Shown here: positions 8,392-17,273 of the stretch, piece by piece
Layout of the letters: every line of letters starts with the position of its first letter
How positions within the stretch are numbered: position 1 is the first letter of the stretch
Assembly (NCBI GenBank): GCA_012838915.1
Contig: DUOI01000074.1
Coordinates: 60,099-92,098, forward strand
Direction: 5' to 3'
Length of the DNA stretch: 32,000 nucleotides
Source: Clostridiales bacterium
GTDB lineage: Bacteria > Bacillota > Clostridia > Caldicoprobacterales > DTU083
Made by a program: the position numbers and the translations under genes
The notes under the pieces: model-generated
The model's input: the letters and a program-made list of their open reading frames with translations, nothing else
Database searches by the model: none
Told to the model about the DNA's origin: nothing

Positions 8392-9468
8392 TCATAGTAC
8401 TATGAGATCCTTTCTTGAAGATACAAGATTGTCATATCCATCTTCCGTTATGACAACAAGATCTTCTATCCGGACGCCACCCCTGCCCGGAAGATAAATG
8501 CCCGGCTCTACAGATACCACCATTCCAGGCTCCAAAACATTTTCTCCATTTATTGACAGCCTGGGCGCCTCATGAACATTCAAGCCAACGCCATGCCCCA
8601 GCCCATGGCCGAAATATTGCCCATAACCTTTAGCGGTAATGTACTCCCGCGCCTGATTATCTACTTCTATTCCGGTCAAACCCGGTCCAATAACTTCTAA
8701 AGCCAATTGCTGCGATTTCAAAGTGATTTCATAAATTTCGCGCATTTCTTTATCCGGTTCTCCCAATGCAACTGTTCTGGTCATATCTGAACAATAACCG
8801 GAAATCCTGCATCCAAAATCCAGCGTGATAAGCTCCCCTTCTGCTATCTTTTTATCGGTAGGTTCGGCATGGGGCAGAGAACCATTCTTCCCTGAGGCGA
8901 CAATAATCGGAAATGCCAGCCCATCGCTTCCATTCCTTCTCAGGAAAAATTCCAATTCCAGTGCAATCTCCCTTTCGCTTACGCCAGGACGGATATAACC
9001 TAGAATATGTAAAAAGCCTTTATCGGCCAATGAAGCAGCATTCCTAATATGATTAATCTCATCCTCGGTTTTCCATAATCTTAGTCTGGAGGGGATTCCT
9101 CTGTCAGGAATCAGTTCCAAGGGATGCAATGCTTCTTTATAGGAAGTATATGTGCGAAAACTAATAGCATCGCTGTCAAACCAGATTCGTTTTGCATTAA
9201 GGGCCATGCATGTTTCTTTAATGAAGGGCCCGGTTTTGATTCCGGGTGCGTCCACTACATTGAAATCCCGGCATTGCATGTGAGCCTGTTCTATGTACCG
9301 GAAGTCTGTAATCAGGTAGCAGTAGCAGGCTGACCGATGAATCAGAAGAACAGCGTCCTCAGAAGTGAATCCGGAATAATACCTGATGTTGTTCTTTTCA
9401 GATATTATAGCAACATCAACTTGATGCTCATTTAGCATAGAAGTCAGTTTATCAATACGTTTTTTCAA
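8392..9468 (-). CDS. pepP: M24 family Xaa-Pro aminopeptidase/dipeptidase
   Basis: 358 aa with pita-bread metal-ligand motifs (DFGCRISGYCSDMTRT, GHGLGHGVGLNVHE, VEPGIY, GVRIEDLV). The start overlaps the aroQ stop (ATGA). Confidence 0.9.
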   Translation of the reverse strand: MKKRIDKLTSMLNEHQVDVAIISEKNNIRYYSGFTSEDAVLLIHRSACYCYLITDFRYIEQAHMQCRDFNVVDAPGIKTGPFIKETCMALNAKRIWFDSDAISFRTYTSYKEALHPLELIPDRGIPSRLRLWKTEDEINHIRNAASLADKGFLHILGYIRPGVSEREIALELEFFLRRNGSDGLAFPIIVASGKNGSLPHAEPTDKKIAEGELITLDFGCRISGYCSDMTRTVALGEPDKEMREIYEITLKSQQLALEVIGPGLTGIEVDNQAREYITAKGYGQYFGHGLGHGVGLNVHEAPRLSINGENVLEPGMVVSVEPGIYLPGRGGVRIEDLVVITEDGYDNLVSSRKDLIVL

Positions 9469-9971
9469 TCGAATACCCCCATTGTTGTATTCCCTTTAGT
9501 CAGCATATGTACAAAGTAATCAATAGCCAGAAAATACCCCAGTGTTCCCAATCCGGTGATCTGCCCGATACAGGCAGGCGCAGTCACAGAGATTTGCCGA
9601 AAGGATTCTCTGTTATAAATATTGGAAATATGTACTTCCAATACCGGAATGCTGATAGATTGTATAGCATCCCTTAGGGCATAACTGTAATGGGTAAGGG
9701 CTCCTGGATTAAGAATAACAGCATCAAAAGCTTTATCGGCATTGTGCAGACAGTCAATTATCCGTCCTTCATGGTTGGATTGAAAGCAATCCAGCATTGC
9801 TCCTGATTTTTTTGCATGGGAGTACAGTTCTGAAACTAAACTGTCGTATGTAGTTGCTCCATAAATGCCAGGTTCCCTGCTTCCCAACAGGTTAAGATTT
9901 GGGCCGTTTATCAGCAGCAGTCTCACTTTATCATCCCACCTATTATCAATTGCCATAGACCATATTATCAT
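9465..9971 (-). CDS. aroQ: Type II 3-dehydroquinate dehydratase
   Basis: Contains LLINGPNLNLLGSREPGIYG, ILNPGALTHYSYALRDA and EVHISNIYNRE, all canonical AroQ motifs. Confidence 0.92.
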   Translation of the reverse strand: MIIWSMAIDNRWDDKVRLLLINGPNLNLLGSREPGIYGATTYDSLVSELYSHAKKSGAMLDCFQSNHEGRIIDCLHNADKAFDAVILNPGALTHYSYALRDAIQSISIPVLEVHISNIYNRESFRQISVTAPACIGQITGLGTLGYFLAIDYFVHMLTKGNTTMGVFD

Positions 9972-10854
9972 AAATGGGAAGTGTTGAACAGGTACAATTT
10001 TTCTTCATAAATAGTTTTTAATGTCAAAGCATCCCTGGCCATTTTACCCCTGGATTCACAGATTATTACAGGATATATATCCCTCATAACGATTACCTCT
10101 GCCAAAGGATCAAAATCCGGACCAAAATCCTTGCTTTCATAAGTATGATGTTTTTTTCACCTGCAGCAGTGTATTCAACCCGGCTGAAGTGGGCATGAAA
10201 AGCTTTTCCCCGTTCCTTGCCTAACGCTTTTTCAATTGCATCGAGAACTGAGATGTAGTTTTTTGAAGATTGGAATATGCCCTGATGGAGTGCGTGCAGA
10301 TGTCCGAAATCAATGGTGGGCAACAAGGTTTCATCCAATTGGCAAAGTTCTAAAACCTCCTCCAGGTTGCCCAATTGGTTTTGCTTACCCATGGTTTCCG
10401 GGCATAGGCGGATTCCGTCAGCAATGTACGGACTACATTCCTCCAATGCCTGCAATAAGGTCTTTTTCGCTGTTTCTAAAGCCAGACCCCTGTCTTTCCC
10501 TGCCGAACCAGGGTGAAAAACTACCCGGGAGGCTGCTAACCACTGGGCTGCTTCGGCAGAACTAACCAGATACTGAACAGACCTTTGCCTGTTTTCTACT
10601 TGTTGGCTGGCTAAATTAATATAATAAGGAGCATGGACACTCATGGTAATTCCCCATTTTGCGGCCTGCTCGCCTATTTTCCTTGCTGTTAGCTCTTTTA
10701 ATCTAATTCCTCTGGTTAGTGAATATTCATATGCATTTAAGCCCATATCATGAAGCCACTTAGGCATGTCTATGCTGCTTTTGTAGCCTTGCTCGTAAAA
10801 ACTCTCATCGTTACCAGATGGACCGAATTTGACTTGTTTGTTAATGGGTAACAC
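9968..10854 (-). pseudogene. Endonuclease IV-like / xylose-isomerase-fold TIM-barrel gene, split by a 1-nt frameshift in an A7 run. This is either a sequencing error or a pseudogene.
   Basis: ORF 10093..10854 (KFGPSGN...SVHAPYYINLAS...DFGHLHA...HFSRVEYTAAGEK) ends in a junk tail after the homopolymer at 10151..10157. The +1 frame continues for 60 codons (HHTYESKDFGPDFDPLAEVIVMRDIYPVIICESRGKMARDALTLKTIY...). It stops at 9968..9970, overlapping the aroQ ATG as ATGA. Confidence 0.7.
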
Positions 10855-10867
10855 TTCCCTTAATAGG

Positions 10868-11380
10868 TTATTTTTTTGTATTAATTAATTGTATAATTTC
10901 TCTTGCTATCAAAAACGGGGATTTTCCGTCTACCACTACAATAAAATGTGCATCCTTATACAATGCAGCTCTTTGTTGATAAAGCCGTTCCAAGGTTTTT
11001 ACAGGATTATTTTCTTCAAGCAAGGGCCTGTCTGAACTGTCTTTCAATCTGTTCCATATGGTTTCTAAATTTGCTGTCAGAGCAACTACAATCCCGCTGG
11101 ATTTCATTCTGTTTCTATTGACAGGGCTTAATATCACGCCACCTCCTGTAGCCAAAACCTTATTTGAACCGCCTGCCGTTTCAGCCAATACACTTGATTC
11201 CAATTGTCTGAACCAAGCTTCACCCTTTTGTTTAAAAATCTCAGAAATGGAAAGGCCGGTAACCTCTTTTATAATCGTGTCCAGATCATAGAATTCCATT
11301 CCGGTCAATTCTGCCAGCTTTTTCCCCACTGTAGTTTTCCCTGTTCCCATAAAACCGGTCAGAAAAATATTTGGTCTCAT
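10868..11380 (-). CDS. aroK: Shikimate kinase
   Basis: 170 aa with Walker A GFMGTGKTTVGK, DLD and GGG motifs. The start overlaps the stop of the upstream pilO-like gene (ATGA). Confidence 0.9.
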   Translation of the reverse strand: MRPNIFLTGFMGTGKTTVGKKLAELTGMEFYDLDTIIKEVTGLSISEIFKQKGEAWFRQLESSVLAETAGGSNKVLATGGGVILSPVNRNRMKSSGIVVALTANLETIWNRLKDSSDRPLLEENNPVKTLERLYQQRAALYKDAHFIVVVDGKSPFLIAREIIQLINTKK

Positions 11381-11952
11381 TCTTCAATTCCTCTCACGAA
11401 AAAATTTAATGTCATTTCAACCTCTAAATTGTATCGTATTTTAGTATTTTTATCTATTTTATTTAAATCATTATTCTCAGTTTTAGCAGCTGAAATCTGC
11501 ATATAGGATATTGTAGGCCTGTTTTGAAGCTTTTCCAAACCAGACAAAAATTCTGATAAACCATAATTGTCCGTACTGAAGCTGAACCTAACCGGAATAA
11601 CTCTAAAATCCTGTCTCAAAATCGGATCGAGGAAAATTATACTATGTCTTTCTAATCTACTGGAGTTTGCATCAAGCAAATAAATGAGGTCATGTGAATC
11701 CAATTGCTCCGGCAGTTTTAACTTTTTCTCCAATATGGTTATTTGAAGTTGGTCTCTGTCTTCCAGGATGCTTTTAAGCTCTATTTTTTTGTTTTCTGCA
11801 ATTCTAGCGCTGTTTTGGATAACAGAAATATCCCGCAGTATCATATGGGTTTCTTTCAGAGTTGGATCAAGAAAAAAATGTAAATAAAGAGAGAATGCCA
11901 GTAATACAAATAGAACGAAGTAGAACAACAACTTTTTATTAGGGATTTTCAT
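11377..11952 (-). CDS. PilO-like type IV pilus assembly protein (second set)
   Basis: 191 aa with an N-terminal TM helix (LLFYFVLFVLLAFSLYL), a coiled-coil segment and an alpha/beta C-terminal domain. It follows the pilM/pilN-like genes with an ATGA overlap. Confidence 0.6.
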   Translation of the reverse strand: MKIPNKKLLFYFVLFVLLAFSLYLHFFLDPTLKETHMILRDISVIQNSARIAENKKIELKSILEDRDQLQITILEKKLKLPEQLDSHDLIYLLDANSSRLERHSIIFLDPILRQDFRVIPVRFSFSTDNYGLSEFLSGLEKLQNRPTISYMQISAAKTENNDLNKIDKNTKIRYNLEVEMTLNFFVRGIEE

Positions 11953-12518
11953 GGTATTCCCCCTCCTGTGATATCATAATCTTCGGTATTGGAATTCAGG
12001 GTGCATTGAATGATAAAATGAACTTCCTCTGGTTGTTGATACATAATTTTTAACATGCGCACCTCTGAAAAGCAGCCGCTATCCTTCAGGCTGCGCAAAT
12101 AAACAACCGATGTTTTGTCATTTTTACTTGTTCCAGTCAATAAAATGATGTTATTGTCACAGTTAAAATGATTAAGGCAGGAGTTTCCGGGTAAACAATT
12201 TATAATAGTGTCAAGTATGCTTTTCCAGTACTGAGGCGTGCCATCTTCCATTTCACGAAACGCATATATTCGCTGTTTTAATTCATCCGAGCCTGAGTGT
12301 TGATGAAGCAATACTTCGTCCAAATCTGAATAACCTGTTGTCTCTTCCTTGAGCAGAGTCAATTTATTAAGGGCTTCCCTTTTATTTTGAATGGGCACTA
12401 GAAAAGCATATTTAATAATTACAAAAAGTAATAGAATAAGTAATACAATTAGCAATAAACTCCTTGCAGCTATGGTTTTTTTTCTGTATTCTAAAGGAAG
12501 AAGGTTAAAATCTGTCAT
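11949..12518 (-). CDS. PilN-like type IV pilus assembly protein (second set)
   Basis: 189 aa. Its N-terminal DFNLLPLEYRKK matches the conserved PilN INLLP peptide that binds PilM. A single TM helix follows. Confidence 0.65.
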   Translation of the reverse strand: MTDFNLLPLEYRKKTIAARSLLLIVLLILLLFVIIKYAFLVPIQNKREALNKLTLLKEETTGYSDLDEVLLHQHSGSDELKQRIYAFREMEDGTPQYWKSILDTIINCLPGNSCLNHFNCDNNIILLTGTSKNDKTSVVYLRSLKDSGCFSEVRMLKIMYQQPEEVHFIIQCTLNSNTEDYDITGGGIP

Positions 12519-13470
12519 TTCTGATTTTCCTTTCCGTATTTAGTTTGTCTCCTTCCCAATACAATGAGCCAAGGCAGTTTGCATACAGATTCAAATCCAT
12601 ATCTGTGGGAATTTCAGATAAATAGAGACGGAAGTGATTTAATTGATTCCAACGTAAGGGAATTTGGTCTTTCAAATGAGATAAAACAGAAGCAGCAAAG
12701 GCGCCGCCTCCATAAAGTATGCCTTGTTGTAATTCCTCTTTATGAGAGCTGTGAATATAATGATCGATCATTTGCCAACATAGAATAATTATTTCCTGCA
12801 GATATTCATTCGAATTAGCAGGTGATTCTTCAATTATACGACAACCGATTGGGATGCCCTTAAGCGCTATTATTTCATCTATGTTAATAAGCGCAGCTGT
12901 CGTATTTTCATACCCCAAGTCCAGTACCAGGTAGGGCAATTCTTCAGATAGTTCCTTGCAACGTAACAGTATTTTCCTTATAACTCTTATAAATGCATTG
13001 AGTTGAATATCAACTGCTCTTGGTTTCAATCCTAAGCTTATAGCCTTCTCTATGTATCCCCGGTTAATACGCTTTGATATGCCTGCTGTTTTTGTAAAGT
13101 AGATTCCGGATTCTGAGTCATGAGATTGCACTGAATAATCAAAATCATATTCTTCCTTTAAATCGGTTTGATATTTTTGAAATTCATCGTGTATAATATG
13201 TTGCAATTGTAACTCATTATCGGCTTGCAATTTGAGTTCCCGGGTAATGAGCGATTTATGATGAAAAGATAAAACAACATCCCTGGAACGGCAACCAATT
13301 TTTTTCCACATTTTAGCAGGGAAATCTGAATTGAATAGTTCTGCTTCCTGACACAATCCATAGCGCAAAATTTGAAGTTTATTGGAGAGCTGAGCCTCAA
13401 TATACTTGTAGGAATGATTACCCATGTCCAAGGATAGAATGCGGCCGGGATGATTGAACACTATAATCAC
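12505..13470 (-). CDS. PilM-like actin-fold ATPase (second set)
   Basis: Actin-fold motifs LSLDMGNHSYKY (phosphate 1), LVLDLGYENTTAALI (phosphate 2) and ILYGGGAFAASV (adenosine). The start is uncertain: GTG at 13470, or GTG at 13461 after GAGGTG. Confidence 0.7.
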   Translation of the reverse strand: MIIVFNHPGRILSLDMGNHSYKYIEAQLSNKLQILRYGLCQEAELFNSDFPAKMWKKIGCRSRDVVLSFHHKSLITRELKLQADNELQLQHIIHDEFQKYQTDLKEEYDFDYSVQSHDSESGIYFTKTAGISKRINRGYIEKAISLGLKPRAVDIQLNAFIRVIRKILLRCKELSEELPYLVLDLGYENTTAALINIDEIIALKGIPIGCRIIEESPANSNEYLQEIIILCWQMIDHYIHSSHKEELQQGILYGGGAFAASVLSHLKDQIPLRWNQLNHFRLYLSEIPTDMDLNLYANCLGSLYWEGDKLNTERKIRNDRF

Positions 13471-13471
13471 C

Positions 13472-15247
13472 TCACCATTGTGCGTTATAAAGAACTTCTT
13501 TACAGGATACTACTTCGAACAGCGGTTTTTCTCTTTCTATTCTAAAGAATTTTCTTAAAGAATCATCTTCACTGCTAAGCAAATTCAGAATAAGATCCTT
13601 ATCTTCCTGCAGGATTAAACTGCCTTCTATAACAAGATTCTCTCCGGCAATCAGCAGACCTGTAAACTCAACATCTGCATCCGACGGGATACAAATGGAA
13701 CCATTTGTCATTATAATTCCCCTATATTCCCCCGCAGGCAGAATCAAATCCTTTACTTCAGGCATGATGCAAATTACAGGTTGATCAGGATCTATTACAG
13801 ACAGGTAATTACCTTCAATTATGGCATTATAAAATGGTACTGGAGTATTGGAATTTAATTGATAATAATAATCCCATGCAGTTTTCAGTTTCATACTTCT
13901 CAGAATACCTTCAAAGAAAACTTCAGCCTCTGCCATCTGAAAAGGTTTCATAACCTGACCATTAGCAAAAATCAAGCCGGATATATGACTGGTTTGAAGA
14001 CTGCCGGTTTCTAATTGAATACTGTCCTGGTTTATTCCCTCCAGATGTAGCAAATATTGTTCCAGATCTTCTTCAGAGTCAGGCAGGGTACTTAAATATG
14101 CATAGATTAACTCTCCCTGTTCCGACCTGCTTAGGTCTGCAAAATCAGGTGTAAAAAATTGATAAGCATGTTCTGGTATTGAATCCGGAAAATAAAAATG
14201 ATGATTCCCGCCACCAATGCTTTCACTGCTATGATAATAATTATTTTCTATTGGAATATGCTCCATTCCAAACAGATACCTATTCTCGGTTACATATTGC
14301 AAGGTGCCGTTGATAAACACCTCATCCTTTAACTGAATGATTCCTCCATTAGTAGCTGAGATTCCCGCGGGCAAGGATTTTTCTTCGGGATTTACATATA
14401 ATTTGCCACTTATTTGAATTATGTTACCCCAACAGTCGACAGATAATATACCATAGGAATATACATCATTTGAGCAATTGAGAATGGACGGAGTTTCTCC
14501 TTCAACATGTAATCCACTGCATATGACTTCGCCATCAAAAAATGCCTCACAGTCATTGATTATGTTTATTTCTTCTCGGATCGCGGCTAATTCATGAAAG
14601 TTTATCCTACTGCTATTAGCAACATGCAATCCTCCTTGTACATGAATTGCGCCGAAAGATTCCAGGTTGCTTCCATTAACGACATATATATCATTACCGA
14701 TAAGCAGTGCTTTATTTAATAGAAAACTGTCATATACTTTGCTAACCTTATTAATGTATACCTCGGCATCAATACGTCTTCTGATTTTTCCCATGTCAGC
14801 CCGGGAGCTAATGAGAAGGCGGGAAGGATTTCGATATATATCGGTAAATCGAATTCGTATGTCCATTTTGGAATCAGATCGTATACCGGGAATTTCCGGT
14901 ATCGGAAAATTATTAAGATATCCCATATCCAACAGCTTCTTATTAATTCTAGGACCTAAACTGTTCTCAATATGTTTTCTGGCACTCTCTTGCATGCTGT
15001 ACATGGGCTGCTGTAAAGGATCCCATTGAAAGTCATCCATACATTCTTCGTGAACCTGAACAACCATATTGTACAATTCATTTTGTGCAAACCCCATCCC
15101 TGATTCTGCCAGATAGTAAACTTCCTGATGCATGTTGTTGTTTCGTGTTATGATGAGATGAGTGTCTGCAATAGCAAAAGCTGTAATCAACAGCATTGAC
15201 ATAGCAGCCATAATAAATAGGGTGATAATCAAAACCGAACCCTTCAA
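13472..15247 (-). CDS. Large PilX-N / GspK-like minor pilus protein (591 aa) without a canonical prepilin cleavage motif
   Basis: The N-terminus (GSVLIITLFIMAAMSMLLITAFAIADTHL...QEVYYLAESGMGFAQNEL) looks like a PilX N-terminal domain. The TTG start lies 4 nt after GGGGGTGA. The long C-terminal part has beta-strand-rich G-x-hydrophobic repeats. Confidence 0.6.
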   Translation of the reverse strand: MKGSVLIITLFIMAAMSMLLITAFAIADTHLIITRNNNMHQEVYYLAESGMGFAQNELYNMVVQVHEECMDDFQWDPLQQPMYSMQESARKHIENSLGPRINKKLLDMGYLNNFPIPEIPGIRSDSKMDIRIRFTDIYRNPSRLLISSRADMGKIRRRIDAEVYINKVSKVYDSFLLNKALLIGNDIYVVNGSNLESFGAIHVQGGLHVANSSRINFHELAAIREEINIINDCEAFFDGEVICSGLHVEGETPSILNCSNDVYSYGILSVDCWGNIIQISGKLYVNPEEKSLPAGISATNGGIIQLKDEVFINGTLQYVTENRYLFGMEHIPIENNYYHSSESIGGGNHHFYFPDSIPEHAYQFFTPDFADLSRSEQGELIYAYLSTLPDSEEDLEQYLLHLEGINQDSIQLETGSLQTSHISGLIFANGQVMKPFQMAEAEVFFEGILRSMKLKTAWDYYYQLNSNTPVPFYNAIIEGNYLSVIDPDQPVICIMPEVKDLILPAGEYRGIIMTNGSICIPSDADVEFTGLLIAGENLVIEGSLILQEDKDLILNLLSSEDDSLRKFFRIEREKPLFEVVSCKEVLYNAQW

Positions 15248-15697
15248 TTATTCACCCCCGATGAAGAAGACCTGTTCGGCAGAAGATGTGGCTTCTCCCA
15301 GGTAGCCAATTCCCTCTATCTTTAACGTGAGATAATCATCTTCCAGACTGAATTCAAAAAGTGAAATGTTCCCACCGAGATTATTTGTCCCAAAACCAAT
15401 TCTCTCATATATATTACCGGACATATAATAATATTTAGTGTCTCCGATAATCAGCATATTATCCGAAACCGAAATATTATCAGGCAGGCCGTCTGTTCTG
15501 CGAAGGGTTTCGGAGATACGATTCAATACTGCCATGATGTTCTCTTCTACTTCTACTCGATGTTCCTGCCTGCGATACATTCTATACCCTGTCAGATATA
15601 GACTGACTGTTGATGTTAAAACAATGGAAAACAAGCATAGGGTCAGAATGCACTCCAATAGAGTAAAACCTTTCATATTACCCAAACCGATGCTCAC
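15248..15697 (-). CDS. Prepilin-type N-terminal cleavage/methylation domain protein (minor pilin, PilW/GspJ-like)
   Basis: Has the cleavage motif KG|FTLLECILTL with Glu at +5. 149 aa, with a GTG start after AAAGGAAG. Confidence 0.75.
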   Translation of the reverse strand: MSIGLGNMKGFTLLECILTLCLFSIVLTSTVSLYLTGYRMYRRQEHRVEVEENIMAVLNRISETLRRTDGLPDNISVSDNMLIIGDTKYYYMSGNIYERIGFGTNNLGGNISLFEFSLEDDYLTLKIEGIGYLGEATSSAEQVFFIGGE

Positions 15698-15714
15698 CGC
15701 TTCCTTTATCCCTA

Positions 15715-16542
15715 CTAGGGCTTAATCCAGATAATGCCTTGCCGGCTGCATATAGGTTGATGTTCTTTTCCCTTCTTTAAAGCAGTGATCTTAAGGGACA
15801 CGGCAACATCTACCAATGTTTCGCTTTTTCTGGAGCTAATAGAGATATAATCATCTTTCAATGGTTTTATCAATTGCCTTGTTGAGATGGTTTGATCGTT
15901 GTACTGAATTAATATATTGCCACTATGAAATGGATGTTCATGTATATAAATCTGCCAATTTGATGGCTGCTCATCAATATTAATATGAATATTTCGTTTT
16001 GAATTCTTTACTGAATCTACGTGGATGTTTATTATTTGCGCCTGCTTGTTTGCATTAAATTGATATTCGGCTATTTTTCCGCTATTATCTGTAAAAACTA
16101 TAGTTGTACGTTTTCCACAAGGAATTAAATCAATTATTAGAATTCCCTGCCCTGATATAGCAAGTAAATTGTGTATTGAATCACCATAGACATAGCCTTC
16201 ATATTTGTCTATACAATCATAATTAATAACCAGATCAATTAAGTTGTTGCCGGTCTGATTATTAGGTATATAGCGCTCGGCTTCAAATACATATTGTATA
16301 TTATCATCCCAGATTACACCGATTGATGACAGTTCAGACAAGTCAGGAATAGACATTCCTTTAGCCTTTTCATAAAGATTCCCTGCATATATACTGGCAT
16401 TTAGGTTCTCGGAACTAATTTGATTGCATTTCAGAAAAAATACTTGTATACCCAGAAAAGCTGACAACAGAATGCTCAGAACGGCAAGGCTGATAATCAA
16501 TTCTATTAGAGTGTATCCCACATTTCTTGCTAATTCTTTCAT
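15715..16542 (-). CDS. Prepilin-type N-terminal cleavage/methylation domain protein (minor pilin, 275 aa)
   Basis: Leader MKELARNVG|YTLIELIISLAVLSILL with Glu at +5. The start overlaps the upstream gene stop (ATGA). Confidence 0.75.
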   Translation of the reverse strand: MKELARNVGYTLIELIISLAVLSILLSAFLGIQVFFLKCNQISSENLNASIYAGNLYEKAKGMSIPDLSELSSIGVIWDDNIQYVFEAERYIPNNQTGNNLIDLVINYDCIDKYEGYVYGDSIHNLLAISGQGILIIDLIPCGKRTTIVFTDNSGKIAEYQFNANKQAQIINIHVDSVKNSKRNIHINIDEQPSNWQIYIHEHPFHSGNILIQYNDQTISTRQLIKPLKDDYISISSRKSETLVDVAVSLKITALKKGKEHQPICSRQGIIWIKP

Positions 16543-17033
16543 TTATCGTATACCTTGACCCTGCCGGTGGTTACGTCTACCGTAAGCCTGATGCTGTCTC
16601 CGCTATTGGTATTAAGTACAATTTCACCCGCTTGATTGGGACTGCCCAAATAGGAAAATTTCAGAATACGATATCCCTCCATAGAACCGCCATAACCCGG
16701 ATTATATAATGTTGAAGAAACGGAAGTAATCCTGGGATTAAAATGCACTTTCTTAATATTGGGATGAATGGGATCATTATTTCGAAGTATATAGAAAAAC
16801 TCCCTGGTCTGTAACTCAATATTGTAATTTGCACATTCCTGAACTGACAATCTTTGTGCCCGTCTGATATCATTGGCTAACATATAAGCACTGCTTCGTA
16901 GAATCCATCGGTCATTTGAGCGCAGAAGATTTGGTATTGTCAGTGCGGATAAGACACCTAAAATAACAATAACAAGTATCAATTCCATCAGGGTAATACC
17001 TTTTTTATTTTGCAGCAGCCCTTTCAAACCCAT
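16539..17033 (-). CDS. Prepilin-type minor pilin, GspH/FimT-like
   Basis: Leader MGLKGLLQNKKG|ITLMELILVIVILGVLSAL, then SSAYMLANDIRRAQRLSV and a C-terminal GEIVLNTNSGDSIRLTVDVTTGRVKV, which is the GspH/FimT pattern. The ATG at 17033 is chosen because the 30-codon upstream extension in the track covers the promoter. Confidence 0.75.
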   Translation of the reverse strand: MGLKGLLQNKKGITLMELILVIVILGVLSALTIPNLLRSNDRWILRSSAYMLANDIRRAQRLSVQECANYNIELQTREFFYILRNNDPIHPNIKKVHFNPRITSVSSTLYNPGYGGSMEGYRILKFSYLGSPNQAGEIVLNTNSGDSIRLTVDVTTGRVKVYDK

Positions 17034-17094
17034 CCCTCCTGCCTTACTTCCCAGGAACAGGTTAATTATGGTTATGATGTCATATATTGAGTAA

Positions 17095-17123
17095 ATTATA
17101 TAATAAATTACTATATTCATCAA
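17095..17123 (-). promoter_or_regulatory. Sigma-A type promoter of the minor-pilin / second pilMNO / aroK operon
   Basis: The minus strand has TTGATG (17123..17118), a 17-nt spacer and a perfect TATAAT (17100..17095). It lies about 60 nt upstream of the ATG at 17033. Confidence 0.45.
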
Positions 17124-17222
17124 GAATATTTATTTTATAATCTCATTTTTTACTATACTATAAAAGGTTAGCCGTCTTACATACGAGCAGATTAATATTG
17201 CAAGCTAAAAACTGTAATAACC

Positions 17223-17253
17223 AAAAAAAATAAATGGCAGCCTTGCAGCTGCC
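17223..17253 (-). terminator. Rho-independent terminator after pilD
   Basis: The minus strand reads GGCAGC-TGCAAG-GCTGCC followed by ATTTATTTTTTTT. It starts 21 nt after the pilD stop. Confidence 0.75.
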
Positions 17254-17273
17254 TGATCAAAAAGGTTTAAACA

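Noticed and set aside
17034-17123. 30-codon N-terminal extension of the GspH/FimT-like pilin (MMNIVIYYIIYSIYDIITIINLFLGSKAGG)
   Set aside because: It is a translation of extremely AT-rich DNA that contains the predicted -35 and -10 boxes. Prepilins have short basic leaders, and the ATG at 17033 gives a normal 12-aa leader ending in Gly.
17034-17222. Possible c-di-GMP riboswitch in the leader of the pilin operon, as is known upstream of pilA1 in Clostridioides difficile
   Set aside because: The leader is short (about 55 nt after the predicted start) and almost pure A/T. It lacks the GC-rich conserved helices of the c-di-GMP-I and c-di-GMP-II aptamers.
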